DNA from: Ptychomitrium polyphyllum
Lineage: Eukaryota
Direction of reading: 5' to 3'
Length of the DNA stretch: 64,000 bases
Assembly: GCA_973851085.1 (NCBI GenBank)
Contig: OZ316776.1
Coordinates: forward strand, 15,190,001 to 15,254,000
Shown piece after piece: positions 1 to 15,000 of the stretch (positions within the stretch are counted from its first letter, which is position 1; each line of letters starts with the position of its first letter). The notes under the pieces were generated by a model, which saw nothing but the letters and a program-made list of their open reading frames with translations, was not told the DNA's origin and searched no databases. The translations under genes were made by a program, and so were the position numbers.

Positions 1-3000
1 ATTCTGTCGAAGTGAGTACACCGAGCAAGAGCCGGAACTGCACCGATATTAAAGGTTGATAAGGCATCATCTTGGAATCGCAAAATGAGAGAGAGAACAT
101 TAAATGTAAGTCGCGTTGATAAGTCAGACACTCCTGCTGTTAATGTGATCTTCTCTTGAACACATGCATACTCTGCAGAAGCATCTGTTGGAGCAACAAC
201 CACTAACCCAGAACCACCTTCCACAGTGAGCCCTTTCACTACACCCTTGATCCACTTGTCATTTCCCTTGGACGCTATCCTGAAATGCCACGTATGCAAT
301 AACAGTAAGATCCAAGTTTACATACCAAATAAATCAAAACCATTCACAGTCCAAACTACCAAAAAACAGCACCATCAAGAATATCTATGCGAGGGCCGAA
401 GAACCGAGCCCCAAGGCTTTGATAGTACATAAAACAAGATAGTCATATTACTTACAGTTAAGGTACTTAGGGATAAAAGAATAAGCACAGAATGAGACAA
501 TTGAAGATAAACCAGACACTAAAATGATGCATGAAAGAACACGTTAAAAATTATATGTAATTCCGCGAATCAGACACTAAAACCCTCCATCTGAGTCTTT
601 TCAATCTGTTTTTGAAATCCATTCGTTCCAACTTGCCTTAGAAGCAGGCTAATCCATTCTATTACATTCAGCGGAAACAGGGCTGTTGAAATAAGCTCTT
701 CTTCACAGAAACTCAAAATAGGAAGCCTCAAAATCCCATGACTCACTTCACATAATTCCATTTCACGGCAGTCATATAATTCCTGACTGGGAGAGTACAT
801 AATAGCTTACATGATGTAGCAGTCCAAATTGGCCCTCAGCACTCTTTCCCGTCGTGGACCACTAGCAGGCCACTTGGAGCTGTCATAGAAAGTAAGCTCT
901 GGTGCAACAGCCTGTAACATGTTTGGATGTAAACAAGAAAATCAATGATCTTTCCATCGCCTACATATAAAATTTATTTAGGTTCACCGAACAAGTTGAT
1001 GTTGCACTACAGTCGAAGAAGACAACAGTAGGTGGCATATTTAGGGAGATTATATAAACGAAAATCAGGATATGTTCGTCAAATTTCAAAAGAACAGAGT
1101 GTCCCATCACAAACCATGTAGCTAAGGACGACATGATAGACGACACAGAAAGCAAATTAGGGCGTAAACTCAAGTTTACTACGTTCTCACAGCAATATTT
1201 CAAGCATGTTATAATTAGTATAGCTTGAAAAAGAACTAACTTGTATTGTTTAGAGTTTGATGTTATTAAAATTCCAAATTGTGTGGGAAAAAGCCTCAGA
1301 GCGGAGTACGACGCGGTAGAGAATGGTATTTGCGATTCACCACCAGTCCGCAATCAGTTCAATGTCCACAACCAGTACATCCTTATCATAAACGTCACCT
1401 GAATATCAAGGACGTAATTGCTGCCTGTGGCCTTCTGCTCCTCGCTAGATTTCTTAGTCGAGCTTCCACTAGTTGATAGTAGAGAATCTTTGTGCGGTGC
1501 TGCTTGTATAGAGATCCCACCCGAGGAATCCACACCTATGCCTTCAAGAATGACGCCATCGTCGAGAGAAGCAGTGTAGGCACTGTCTGTACTAAGGTGG
1601 ACACATTCACTCAACCAAAATCCATTCTGCAACCAACAAGAGCCCCTGTGAGACAAACTCAAGTCACGCGACATTGCTCTATCAATTTTCTTACGACTTC
1701 CACAGGAAAAAATGACAAGCAACGTGACATCAACAGACAAAACAATATTCATTTCTACATCTGCAACAGTTTAACTTGACAATATAAAGCATGCCAGTGT
1801 CAATTAGAAAACTGCTGTAAGAGCGATGATGAATATAAAACTGAAAATATTGTCTATATACTGTAGCAGCTCAAATGATCAAATGAAATAACTTGGATCC
1901 CTGAAGTGTAGGTTTTACCAAAAGACCCAAAGAAGCTTTTAACAGATGTTGAGAAATTAACACCACAGACAATGTACTCAAGGAAGTACGGGCTCACCTC
2001 GATGCGAATATTCTTGAAACGTAACTTCTTCCGAGAGCCAATAAAAATAAACGGCTCGCAAGATGCTAGGCCAGCTTCGTCATCCTTTGCATCCAGAAGG
2101 AGTGTTCTTCCACAACCATCATAGATGAATTCATCCACATCGTATGCCTCTGCAATAAGCTGTCTCTCAGTAGAAAGGACGACAGTATCCTCTTCCTGCC
2201 GATGCAACGGGGTAGCAAGCCGGATATGTTCATCTAAAACTTCCTTACCATTCTGTAAGTCCTCAGAATCGTTCTCTGATGAAGCCTTACCCAAGGAAGG
2301 CACAAAAAATTCTCCAACAGCAAGAAGGAAATCCACAGCCACAAGCAATCGAGGGCGTTGCACACGAATTATGAAAGCCTGAGATTCTGGTTTGAAGCGC
2401 AAATCCAAAACCAACATTGTTAGTTCTGGAGAAGAGCCATTTGCACTTTCATCTTCTGGACTTGTCCTAGTAGGAATTGATAATCCACCCAGCTTCCCAA
2501 CATCCGCCATGGAGCCCAACATCAACCGCATTTCTGGCCTTGTGTCAAAGCGTTGATCCAAAACTGACAGCTTTGACAGAGTTATCAAGACATCCATATT
2601 ATTTGCAGATGAGTTGCAGTAACTGAGCCATAATTTCTGAATCTGCAATAAGATCGTTCACACCATATTTGGTAAAATAGAAATTCTCCCTGTACTTCCT
2701 AACTTCAGTGAGCCACACACATCACATGAGCATAACAAATACAAAATATGAAAGCAACCCACACTAAGTCAAGTTTTAATAATCACAACCGACGTCGGAA
2801 TTTTCTTATATAGCAAGCCTAATAGAGATCAGAAATAGAAGGAGGTTCTAAAAGATACATTAATATCTTACCTCCAAACGAGCCAAAGGCGTCTCTGATT
2901 CTAAACCAACGTACAAATCCAAGTCAACCTGCCGAACATCCACATTTACTCGAATTTTTGTATAAACGAAAGCAGCCGGATCTGAATCAGTATTCCTGGA

Positions 3001-6000
3001 AAGGACAGTGGCCTTATCATCCTCAGATTCACCTGCCGTTTCCAAGGACATCTTCTCTTCGTCGCTAATCTCACTCATTCTTGCAGATTCTCGAAAAGTT
3101 GGCGGAAGATTAGGGACTTCTGACATGTTGGTAGATGCACAGTCAATGATGACTAGATATTCTTTGTGCGTCATAACTCCACTCAACAATGGTACCTGAT
3201 AGACGTTCTCTTATCAGTTACTTAGTCCATCGCACTGACGACTCCACACTGTGCTCCAGAAAACAACTCCAGTACATGGACGGTGAGCACCATACCTGAA
3301 TGTCTATAGCTACCTCTGGGACCTTCTTGAAGAGATCTCTCAATGGTCGCTGAACTGTCACCTGTAGACCTTTGGCTTCTCGAAGCATAGGTTTGCCAGG
3401 CTGGCCACTAATGCCAACAACCATGTTGATTCCTGTGAGCTGAAACATACCCCTTATGTATTAGTAAATGCAAACCAACATGATAATGTGATGCTAACAC
3501 TAATTCAAAGCAACAAATTTGCATTATCATCTTACTTAGTCAACACCATAAGCTTGCTAGGGTAATTCTTTATATCACTTCAATAGTTCATGACCTGCTT
3601 ACTAAGCAACGGTAGCTGCAGATGATTCAGTCAGCTATAGGGTATGAATTTCTCAGCTACATCAGAAACATGTCTAGTTTTCAAGTGACAAGAAAGCCAA
3701 ATAGACACAAACCTCAGCATGAAGAATATCCAGGTGTACAGCAGATGCAACATTCTTATCTCCACCATGCCATTCGAAGCTATTATGCACCTCAAGGTGT
3801 CCCAGATCCAACTGCATAAACCTGAGGACACGAAAGTTAATCGAGAAAAACCTTTCATTGATGACGCCGTAGATTACAAGTCTATGACCCACTTCTATTA
3901 GTGAAACATCTTCAAACATTACACTGGAACTTAATAAGATACGATAATCTTAACGTAAAATTAGCTCAAAGAGACAAAAATCAAGATCAACTTTTGATAG
4001 CGCGAATAACACCTGAGTAGAATAAAATCGAACGAAAAGAATTCCACAAAGAATATACAAACAGTCATCAAAGAAATTTGTTGAAGGTTGGAAAGGACAG
4101 GACATAAGCAAGCCTGTTGATACTCTAACTTTAAATCCTATAAGAAAGGACCTCAAACTAGTCAGAACCTGATGCTTGAGTATCCAAGTATCTTCAGCAT
4201 TATAAAAAGGATCTGATCTCTCTTAACAATTCAAAAGCGATTGCATTATTCAAAACTCATTCAGCACAAAAGATCTGCATGAAACCAGGTATTAAAACAT
4301 CAATAAGTGGAACAACATATTCATTTTACTGCTTAAGCGCAGAGCTCTGATATCCCCAGTTCACCCTTCAAAACTAAGTCCAAAAAATACTTACTCTTGG
4401 CTGTCGGAGCAGCGAGGCATGATAATGATTGGAGTATCAAGAGAAAAGTCTAATTTTACAGCCGTTGAACCCCCAATATCAGACTCCTGAATAAGCTTCT
4501 CGGTTCCTCCAACTTTGTCCACAACAGAAACAATTTGTGAGGTTTGTTGAGTAGCCAGAGCGACGAAGTATGCTGTAAGCTGCCAGTCATATCATACATC
4601 GTGAGGAAGCGCAAAATGCTGGCCAATCAGAATTGAGGCTCTAATAAGGATAGAACGATTATGTGCACATTTAAGCACACTCACAAACAAAGAGAAGCGA
4701 CCCTCCCTAAACAGGGGACACCAGAAATGCTAAAAAGTCTCATGAAAAGCAATAAGACCGGATCAACAACAAACCTCTTGAATGAAACGATATAGAAACA
4801 CAATCCGCACAGCTGAAAGCTTCCCTGAAAGAGAGTAGTCATATCCTTGAAAATCATCTTCATCCTTGTTGTACGATCGAAACTCCAGCTGTGGTACCCA
4901 ATAGTTCACATATCAAATAAGAGTAAGGAAGATCTGTTGACGTTTATTCTAGGTAGCATGACACAAGTCTATCAAGAAATCCAAGCTCTAGCACAGAATG
5001 TATATTTGGAGGATTAAGGTCAGACTAAATCACACAAAATTAACATCCAATAGAAACAAATGGAAATTAGAAACATATGCAGTTCATATTTCCAGTCAAC
5101 ACAACACACCTGTCTAATAACCCTGAAAGACATGTAGACAAACGTGATGACAAAGGAAACCGGGAAACAAAGAACAACACACTGATTTACGCTGAGTCTA
5201 CATAATATTGTGGATGTCCAGCTACCTCAACTAGTGATCCCGCACCAGGGTCTCGGATATCACAAAGCCAACCCCACTGATGATCGGCCCCCAGTAGCAT
5301 GTCACATACGCGTAGATTTCCAAGTTTTCCGGATACGGTGAGGGAACCTGGATAAACCTGAATAAAAAGACAGAGCCCTCCAATATAACCTTGTCCAATG
5401 GCAAAGCAAAGCTCAAGCAAAAGGCCTAGTAAATTTCTGCGGTTTGTGCTACTCGTTGTATCAAACGTCACGTACCCTTCCACAAAACACATCTAAAGCG
5501 AGTCTATAAGAGGGGGGACAGAAAACACAATCTCTGCGTTAATCTAGTCAAAGCGTGACCTAGTTTTTGCACCTTCTAGAATGGATATGTAGCAACACCG
5601 AAGGAATGAGTTTCGCATCTACCCACATGCATTTCACGTGAGGCAGTTGGTGTATTGTTCAAAGCACAACACTCAAAGCAAAGAAATCATTGCCCTGGCT
5701 TTATTTCAACTTCATCGACTTCATTCAACCCTAACGCATGGAATGTCGATAAAATGATAAGAAAATTCACCCAATAATGAGCTCAACAAAGTTTACCTTC
5801 AACTCAAATCGAAAATCGTCTTGAGCAAGCATCCCGAGTTGAGATCCATCTTCCTTGTTTATGGATATTCGAGCACTTTCCATGTCCAACCTTAATCTGA
5901 ACACAACTCGAGATTTTCCCCGGCCTAATAGACCTTTCACTACGTCACGCGGTACACCAGCTTCAGGACTCCCTTTCGTGTCACTCTCCTCAACGACCTC

Positions 6001-9000
6001 AGCTGGCGTAGTAGGCGGATTTCCGGAAGAGTCACTTAATTGTGAACCAAACTCTATAAGGGCTGCAACAGTAGGACGATTGCAGAAAAAATCCAAAGTG
6101 GCCATCCTTATGGTCATCTGCAGAAGTCAAAACGCAATCACATCATTCATCACAGAACAAAAAATAGTTAATAAGCCCATCATCTCCAAGCAACAAAGTA
6201 CATAACACAAGTGGATTCCGTGATGACGAAACGAACTACCAACTAACCACAATCGTAGATCTTGACTAAAAGCTTTTTCATTTGAATGTCATGAGAGAAC
6301 ATACACATCTATGTGGCATTCTACGACTAGTATATGGAATAAACTTACAACCACAAAAGTAAAAATTAAAATAAACAAGAGAATGGGCATAAACTTGCAA
6401 AGATGCGCAGGTTGTATGTGCGCAGTTTACCCAGGTTCTCTCACCATAATGCTCGACTTTTCCTGAACCAGAACCAAGAAGACAAATTGTATTGTGAGAA
6501 TACCTGGACATCGGTATCATCATAATCAGGTGAATCTGCCTGTCTAATTATCAGTCGCATATTTGCAAAATCGGACACTTCTTCATCCGAACCATCTACC
6601 CATAAATCCTGCACAGCCCCTTCTTTGCCAAGATTCATCAGCTCCAGCTCCCAGTGCCGCAAAGACTTCTCCTGACTTGATGTCAAATCACCTCTACCTA
6701 ATGAAAAGAGGCGGTGAAAATATCCATGCCCACTAGATAATGGAGCACCAAATTCCGCCAAGGCGTCATCAAAGACTTCCTCTTCTTCTTCCTCCGATCC
6801 CTCAGGAGACAATTGCTCTGACTGGCTAAATTCCATGTCTTCCACTTCCGCATCAGCAGAAAGTGATGACCGAAGTAGGTAACGACATGATGGAGCGACA
6901 TGCCCTTGCAATTTGTCCTCGATTCTCAATGAGTGCACTTTCATAGTGACTGACATGTCATACTGACGTTGCAGTACATCCACCTAGAATTGTTGAATGC
7001 CAGAATGCAGAAAATTTAGCATGCTAGTTCAAATCATTTACTCTTCTAAATATGTCCTCGGCATCTCTGAAACCACATTTCTATATGCTAAAATGATATA
7101 GATAGCTACAAAACATAACCATGTAAAGTCAGTAAATTGATGATCGATATCTGATATTACATGACGAATCCAATAACCATACAACTATCTTACCTTGCCG
7201 CCATGAGCTTGCAACTCGAGAATAAGCTTCTCGTCACCCGCTGAGGAAACATCCGCGTTATTCTGTACATTGAATTCACAACATGGGACTCAGCGATTCA
7301 AAAGATACAAAGTTTGAGCGCCATTCATCATTTATTAAAGCAAAAGTCCACGCGTTCGAAAGTATTAATTGTAAGAATTTAAATTCTGGACTGTCGTTAC
7401 CACATACCGTGCTGCTTAGAAAAATTTGTAACTCCTGAAGGAAGCCCATCACAAAGAGCTGAGGTTGTCTAGCAGGCTCGATTGACTGCAATTCTTCTTC
7501 CTTTTTCCCTGTCTCCTCATCATGGTCATCTTCATCACTTGATTCCAAGGGCATCGATAAAAGAGGTGCCTTCACAGAAAATAAAGTTGTTGGTGGAAGT
7601 AAAATATCAACAGCTTAATAAAACTAGTTTATACTTGCTGAGTAGCAACAAATTCAAAGACGCTAGCAGTAAGCAGTCCATTCAAACCTCATACAAATAC
7701 ACGAGCAGACATAGCATAAGCTGCTGCTTGCAAAATGCACACCTATAAACAAGACGAGAAGGACCTTGGAACTTACAGAAGCCTTATATGTAGCGAGAGC
7801 TAGGTAGTACTGCCATGCAGACTTAAGATCTCCACTTTCTAATTGTAAAATCACAGCACTTGAGGATTCAACAACCTGGAACACCATTACCATGTCATAT
7901 TCTATGAGTTTTTACAAGTGACTTACACATACATACTTACTTTAAGCCAAGCGATCCAAAGTATGCAATTAAACTGCAAGCAGAACACTATCGAAAGAGG
8001 ATTTTAGAAAAAAATATAACCATGGCCTGCAAGGATTTACAGAATTTTATTAACATAAACAAAAATATTAAAAGCAGAGCTGCTCGCCATCAAAGCAGAT
8101 AAATGTGAAAGATAACCACGTGTTCGAAGATATTCACCTTCTGAATCTCAACACCTCGATGACAAATAGCAATGACATTTTCAAAACTGCCAATATTGGC
8201 ACTGGGTACTTCTACTACCTGCTTTCCAGTCACACTGAGCAACTTCAAGTGACGAGCATTAGCCTATTATCAAGAGAAGATGTTAAAAAAACTAGGAATT
8301 CAAAACCCTATGACGACTTAGCCTTTTTTTCTGCGTAGAAACTGACAATTAACAGAAAATCACCCAACTGTTGTCATTACATCCTCAATATAGACCAAAG
8401 CATTCCTGACTGGTAGACGAGGATCACAATACCTGATACACCTTTGATAAGTATTCGCACTTTCTGACTCTAATATGTACAAGTATGTCCCAGCAAGAAT
8501 TGCTCTACAGGGCTGCCACTCTGCTACTGTACTTCCTATACCCTGGATAGCCCACAGAACAAACGAAATGTTAATTATATCGTCTATTGATATAGGTCGC
8601 TAAATATAAAACAGTGCTTACTGTGAGGTACATATCCCCAAAATGTTGAATCAACAACACTAACGTCCCAAAGGTTCTGATGCTGAGCATTGATTCATAA
8701 ATCAGACATTGCGTGTAAAGATATTGTGAGCTTTTGGTATCTGATTTCGTCAATAAAATTCTCAAGCTCACCCCCCAAACCAAGAGCCGTGCATCCCCTG
8801 AGTAATCCGAATGCTGCCATGGCACAGTCACTCCTGTTTCTGGAGAGTCGTCAGCACCTCCTCCAAGTGCACTTAGAACAGACATTAATCTGTGGTACCT
8901 TGCAGGTGAAAAATGAATACCAAGGCGTGGAACCTTGATAGCAAGCCGAGTGGATGGATAACTTGGATGTTGTACACGAATCTGCACAATTCGAATGAAT

Positions 9001-12000
9001 CTCTTTGTATCAGAACTCTCTTGCAAATGTTGTATACTTCTGGGGAGAATGTTATCTGTTGCTTAGCCTCGAGTAGTTATCTACGTGAACATTTAATAAA
9101 TCCAGTTCGTGGTCTAAATCAAATCCCTAATCATAGGACCAACGTCCTTCATAAAACAGACAGACAGAGGTCTGTAAGGGTATGTGAAGGCAGTCCAAGT
9201 ATACATTACATTCAACAATACCTGATCAAGAACAAGCGACATTCCACAAGGGTCTAATACTGGAAGAATTCCCCTAGGTCTTGACTTCTTCACATCCGAA
9301 TCTGTGTCTTGGAACACATCACCAGACAGTAGCGATGAGGAGGACAAGGAAGCGATCTCAGACCATTCGAAGTCTCTGTCAACCACAAATGCTGATATCT
9401 CCTTTCCAGTGATGGAGAAACGAGAATACATATTCGATTTTGCAATAGCTGCATCTCGATTGCTATCCTGCATACCACAGCACTAAAACGGTGAGAAACT
9501 TCGTTCTTATTCGAGGTGCAGGACAACTGAATTGTATACACGTAAAAGACCCGATAAACTTATTGGTATGAAGCTAAAACTGTCACAAGTGTATCACAAT
9601 ATAATATCACAAGTACGAGAACGTCATATGCCGTTGAGAACAGTGCCCGAGGCCACTCTGCGACAGGTCCCGCTATTCAAGGTCATTGCAAAGTCTAAAT
9701 CTGAAGTAATTCAAACGATGAAATTGCTTACAACTGATTTCGAGGTTAGAAAATTACGGAAGAACATGCAGCCCTACTCGTCACATACTTATAAAAGAGA
9801 GAAGACCGTGGCCAGGGGCTTCACGGGTTGGCATGATCAAGCGCAATGTGTAAAAGAAAGCAAACACCAACAACATCAAATCAGGGTGAATACGAACTTA
9901 CAGTTGCAGTATGCAGAGTGAAATGTCCCAAATCTAGGAGAAGCTGTGTATCATCTTCATCACTCGTGTTAACTTTAACCGGAATCGAAATCTTAGGAGC
10001 ATCCAAGTCCAGATCAATAGAAAACCTACAGCAAGCACAACACATGCTTGTTGGATCTATTATGCATTAAAGAAAATTTCGAACACAAAAGTACATGTTC
10101 TCACAGTAGAAGGCTAAACCAAGGCATAGCAGTGGTTCACAACTTTCTCTATCGTCCACAAGGGAGCAATCTCTGGTGTCCGTCTACAACTAGCACAAGT
10201 TAAACTCTCCATGCGTGCCAATGCTTTTCATAATGGTTAAACGCAAACACGTCTACGACCAAAACCTTATAACTGTCTCGCTGGATATGAGAAGCATGAA
10301 ATATTTCCACAAAACAAGCATCGTGTACTACATAGCCTAATACCATATTAAATAAAAGGAAAATGCAGCAATTTAAATAGCGAGACCCTCCCCACCTGCT
10401 CTGCTGTTCAATTGCTATTTGTAATTGCTCCTGAGCTCGACGTGTGACTTCCTCCAGCTTACTCTACAACGAAAATGCCCATGTGACAATTTAGTGGCTC
10501 TTTTAAAATGAAAACTGAACTCAGTAATGATTTCGTGATATCCAATTCAAAGTCAATTCACCTATTGCATAAGGGGCAAGAGTGCTCATAGCCTACAATA
10601 TCTTAATGGTTCAAATTATGACCACACAAAAGAAATCCTCAGGTTGTTAACCGTTAAAAACTTTCAGAAAGCGGAGTACAAGACCTGAAGTAAGAAAAAT
10701 AACCTGCAAGACCGCTGCAGTCTCTAGTGCTACACCAGGACTAAGAGCTTGACTGCTCTTCAGAAAATGGAGAAATCTCTCAAAACTTATTTTCCAAACC
10801 TGCCGCAACTCAACGAAGAAATTATGAGCATAATATCAATCAACCAAGAGGACAAACGAAACAATTAATAATTTGCATGTCCAGCAAAGATACATCTCAT
10901 TTGAAGACGGGAAACTAACAGCTACTAAGCCAATGCATCCTCAAGCGAATCGCTCGTGAAATCTCAAATGATACAGGCCCTAGAGATACATATCAGAAAT
11001 TTAAATGGCAGCCAGTAAAGCTGGCTATAACCAAGATACCTTAACGTGGCATGGTGACATGGTGGCAGCTAACTTCCAGTCAAGATTCTCGTCAAAAGGA
11101 GCTTGGACGTAAGTTGCGGATAAGGCATAGTCCCTTCCTTCTCGGCTCACACTCTGTAGGTTGAGAATGAGGATCAAATGTAAATATAACACAGTCCTTC
11201 TGATGATTGTCCCTTCTTCCGTATCACGCTCACTAAAATCCAAAAAATTGTTTACGAAATTTGTGAAGCATATAATCAGTTACAGACTAGGAGCACATAC
11301 CCGATGACATCGCTCCATATGATACAAAAAACATTCATAACAGATACCAAAGATAAAGATGTCAACTCTCAACCACTGCTTGATTAAAAGAGCAAACAAT
11401 CACAAAACTCCCGGGATCGTGTAAAAATGTCTTGAGTGTATTTACCTCGATCAACATTCCCTCTGGTGCAGAAAGACCATAAAATTGAAGTTTTCCTTCA
11501 CTAGCCAACATCTTTGGATATACTCGTATTCCAACTTGCAAACTTTCAAAGGTTCCGCATAATATCTCCTTATTTTCACTGTCTAGAATACGAGCTGAGC
11601 CCTGTCGAATGTTGACATCAAGGGACATTTGCATCACGTTTGGCCCTTCCGATTTTGAAACATTGAGCACATCTTCTCCTGGCTGGAAACTCAATAACTG
11701 ATTGATTTTGCTCCATTCCTCTTTAGTAAGTTGTCCAGGATCATCTTCAGAAGGCGTAGATGGAGGAGTTGTGGAATCATTGGGAGTTGCTAATGGAGTA
11801 TTAGCTTGAGTAGAATTTGAAGATCCCCTGAGAACAATACCCACCCACAAACCAGATCATAGAATGAACGTCAGTAAAGTATCTAACCTCAGTCGACTAA
11901 TGAATAAAAAAAAATAACGGAAACAAGTACTAAAAATAAAGTAACCAGCATCTCTAGCTCGAACTATCAATATGCACCGTTCCACAACATGATGCAATGA

Positions 12001-15000
12001 TAGGAAGGTTAACTAGTACTCAAGAGACTGTAAACACACGAGTCATATGTACCAGCCGAACGACCACCACGAGCTTTTCCGTATTCGTTCTCGTTCTGCT
12101 GCAGCTTCTTTCGATTTCACACTTTCAGCCCTTGCATGAGCCAATAACCTACAGAAGAGGAGCTTATTATTTCCATCGATTACAATAAACCATCATCTAC
12201 AAATGTTAAGGAAATAGTGTGCCAATCCTCTGACATTTTTAAAATTATAGCTAGCAGCTTAGCAAGAAACCCTGAAAAATTGGTGAAGCAGAAACTATGA
12301 AGAGATATATACCATAAAGCTCCATATAGTCTTTAAACAGTGGTATGTGTACAACGACTAAAAACACATCACATTAATTTTTCAGCATACATCGAGACAA
12401 TTCAGTTGCAGAAAGTAGCTGACCAAAAGATGTAACATCTGAAAGATGAAAATAAGACTAATGAAACTCTCAGTGGATTCATCTTCGATTAGAAGACATC
12501 GCTTGATTAGCATATCTAACAAATATTCTTAAAGAACTCAAGAAAATTACGCCAATTGATAAGGGACAACAAAGATACATAGTTGTCAAAATAGTTCAGG
12601 AATAACAGATTTAGAAAGAAATTCAGAAAGACCAACCTCCAAAGAAGGATCACTTCAATATCAAGATCCTTTTCCATGTCTTTGATTTCCTGATTATTAA
12701 CTTTGAAACCCTGATTCAAGCAACTTGCATAAAGTTGCACATACTTTCGTCTCTTGTGACATGAATCAGCTATGCTTGACCACTGCAACCGATACCTGAA
12801 AATTACATTATTGTTGCGAATGATCAAAAAGCAGCTTTCAACACGTACATAAGAAAAAGAACCTACATTAATAGCTAATTCAACTATAAAAGATGTGCAG
12901 GCCTCAGTAAAAGCACATATTTTGTCCTCAAAAAGGAATATTTAGAAATTTTGTACCCTCTACTTGTGTCAAAAATAAAGTCTAATAATGAGGATGACTC
13001 ACCAGACTCTAGAATGTTGCTGCAACACAGCTTGACAACCATAAAGCCACCAAGCCTGCGGATCTTCTGAAACAGAAGCTCGAGGGCGGAACTGACTGTA
13101 CTGCAATCTATTTCGATAAGTGGACACTCCTTCCAAGAGCTTCATGCCATCACAGTACTGAGCCTGTGGTATCATAAAAAACCAAAATATTTATTAGCAT
13201 AACTGTAGCTCTCATGAGCTCATATAAAAGTGCCCCAAATAAACATTTCAACAATAACTTCTTACAATAAATGGCTAAATTATAATTAATCTACACAACA
13301 GGACAGCACCAATAAACTAGTTTTGAACAAAAGAGAGGATGAATGAATCCTAACATCTATTCATTAAAGAGTCAGCCTCGATTTAAAACATGAAAAACAG
13401 TACCTCTGAGACTGTCAACGACACAGGCTCCAGTACAAGCGTGGCTTCCTGGAAAGGGACCTCGGGTTTCCGCTTCTCACGTTTCCCACGACGATAGTAT
13501 GTCATGAGACCCCCCACAGGGTGCAGCAAGTACTGGCGACCACTGCCCCATCTAGACAAAGACCTTTCCGATGATGGATCGGTTTTTATGCCCTCCATGA
13601 AGACCTGTAGGAGATTGGAATTCAGGATTTCAGAAAACAGACAGAAAGAACAACTCTTAACAAGGTAGTCTAAGATTTTCTTCAATTTCTAGTTAAACAG
13701 AAATGAGTAGTTAAAGAATCAAGAATTTAATTGTGGAAAAGAAAATGATCATCTAGTATATGTCAAAAATGACATGTTATAATGTTGTAAACTAAGGTGA
13801 CAAACCATCCCAAAATACGCTAGATGATTAAAATCTAGTTCAAAATATACCTTCTCCCATTCCTCAGGAATCATATCTTCCCATGCTTTTTCCAAATACC
13901 AAGGTACGCTCCCTGAGTCATGATATACAGCCAGACGTTCCAAACGCACGGACTGAAGGACCACAGTTGCTCTCAGGAGTAAATTCATTCACCATGAACG
14001 ATCGAGTACAGGTTTAGACAAATAACAAAAATCGCTGTATGCCTAGACCATGTTAAGATCATCAAAATACAGCATTGAAAAAAGGAAGAACGAGTGAACA
14101 CCTACAGAGTTACATAGCTGAAGAAAACCGCTATTAGGTTAGCGATTCAAGGACAGCCCAGTGGGAAATGGCATGAGAAGATTAATACAATCACATGCAT
14201 TAAAGCGAACAAAACTCACTATAATCTATTCAGCGTCTCCTAGACAAGATATCGTTATGCAGGTGGAAGATGCAAACCTTGCGGAGTCTTTCCAAGGCTC
14301 CACTAGTGACAAATGTTTCATGTCCGGACTCATCAATAGTCACAGCTGCTAGTGTTGCCAAAGTAACTCCAGAACAAAATGGGCGACCTGGAGTACTGCA
14401 CGAAATGAACAGGGGTTGTTGAGTGGATTCAAAAAAAGGTTAAGAACAAATCTACTATTTTCAATTGCATCAACGGGCGTAGCTAGATTGAATGAAGGAA
14501 CTTGACAACATGACCATGTGACTCAACAAAATCAGAATTCAAGTGCACGAAAACCCTCGAGAGAATATTGCCTGAGAACAAAGTACCCCACTTTAAACTT
14601 CTTAAACAAAAACAGATGGACACATCAATTCTAAAAGTAAAAGAGCTAAACTATCAATAATGATGTGACAATGTAAGAATAGATCGGAAAGAGCAGTTCA
14701 CTTCGCAGGTCATATGTACCTAACTTGAATTTAGATCATATCAAGAGCAGAAATTAGAAAGTACACCTGACGGTATCTTCATAACGAATGTGCACATTGG
14801 TAATTGAGATCTTCAAGTTTCCAACAATCGTTGCTATTAGAGAGCTAAACCAAGTGTTAGAGGTTGTATCCTGCAAGAGTTTGTCACAAACAGCAATCCA
14901 CATGATCAAATTGTTTATCTTGGCAAGTGTAGGAAAACATCAAGCGAGGAACAAATTAGAGATGTGGAATACAATACAATTTTTCGTGAACTTTATTGAG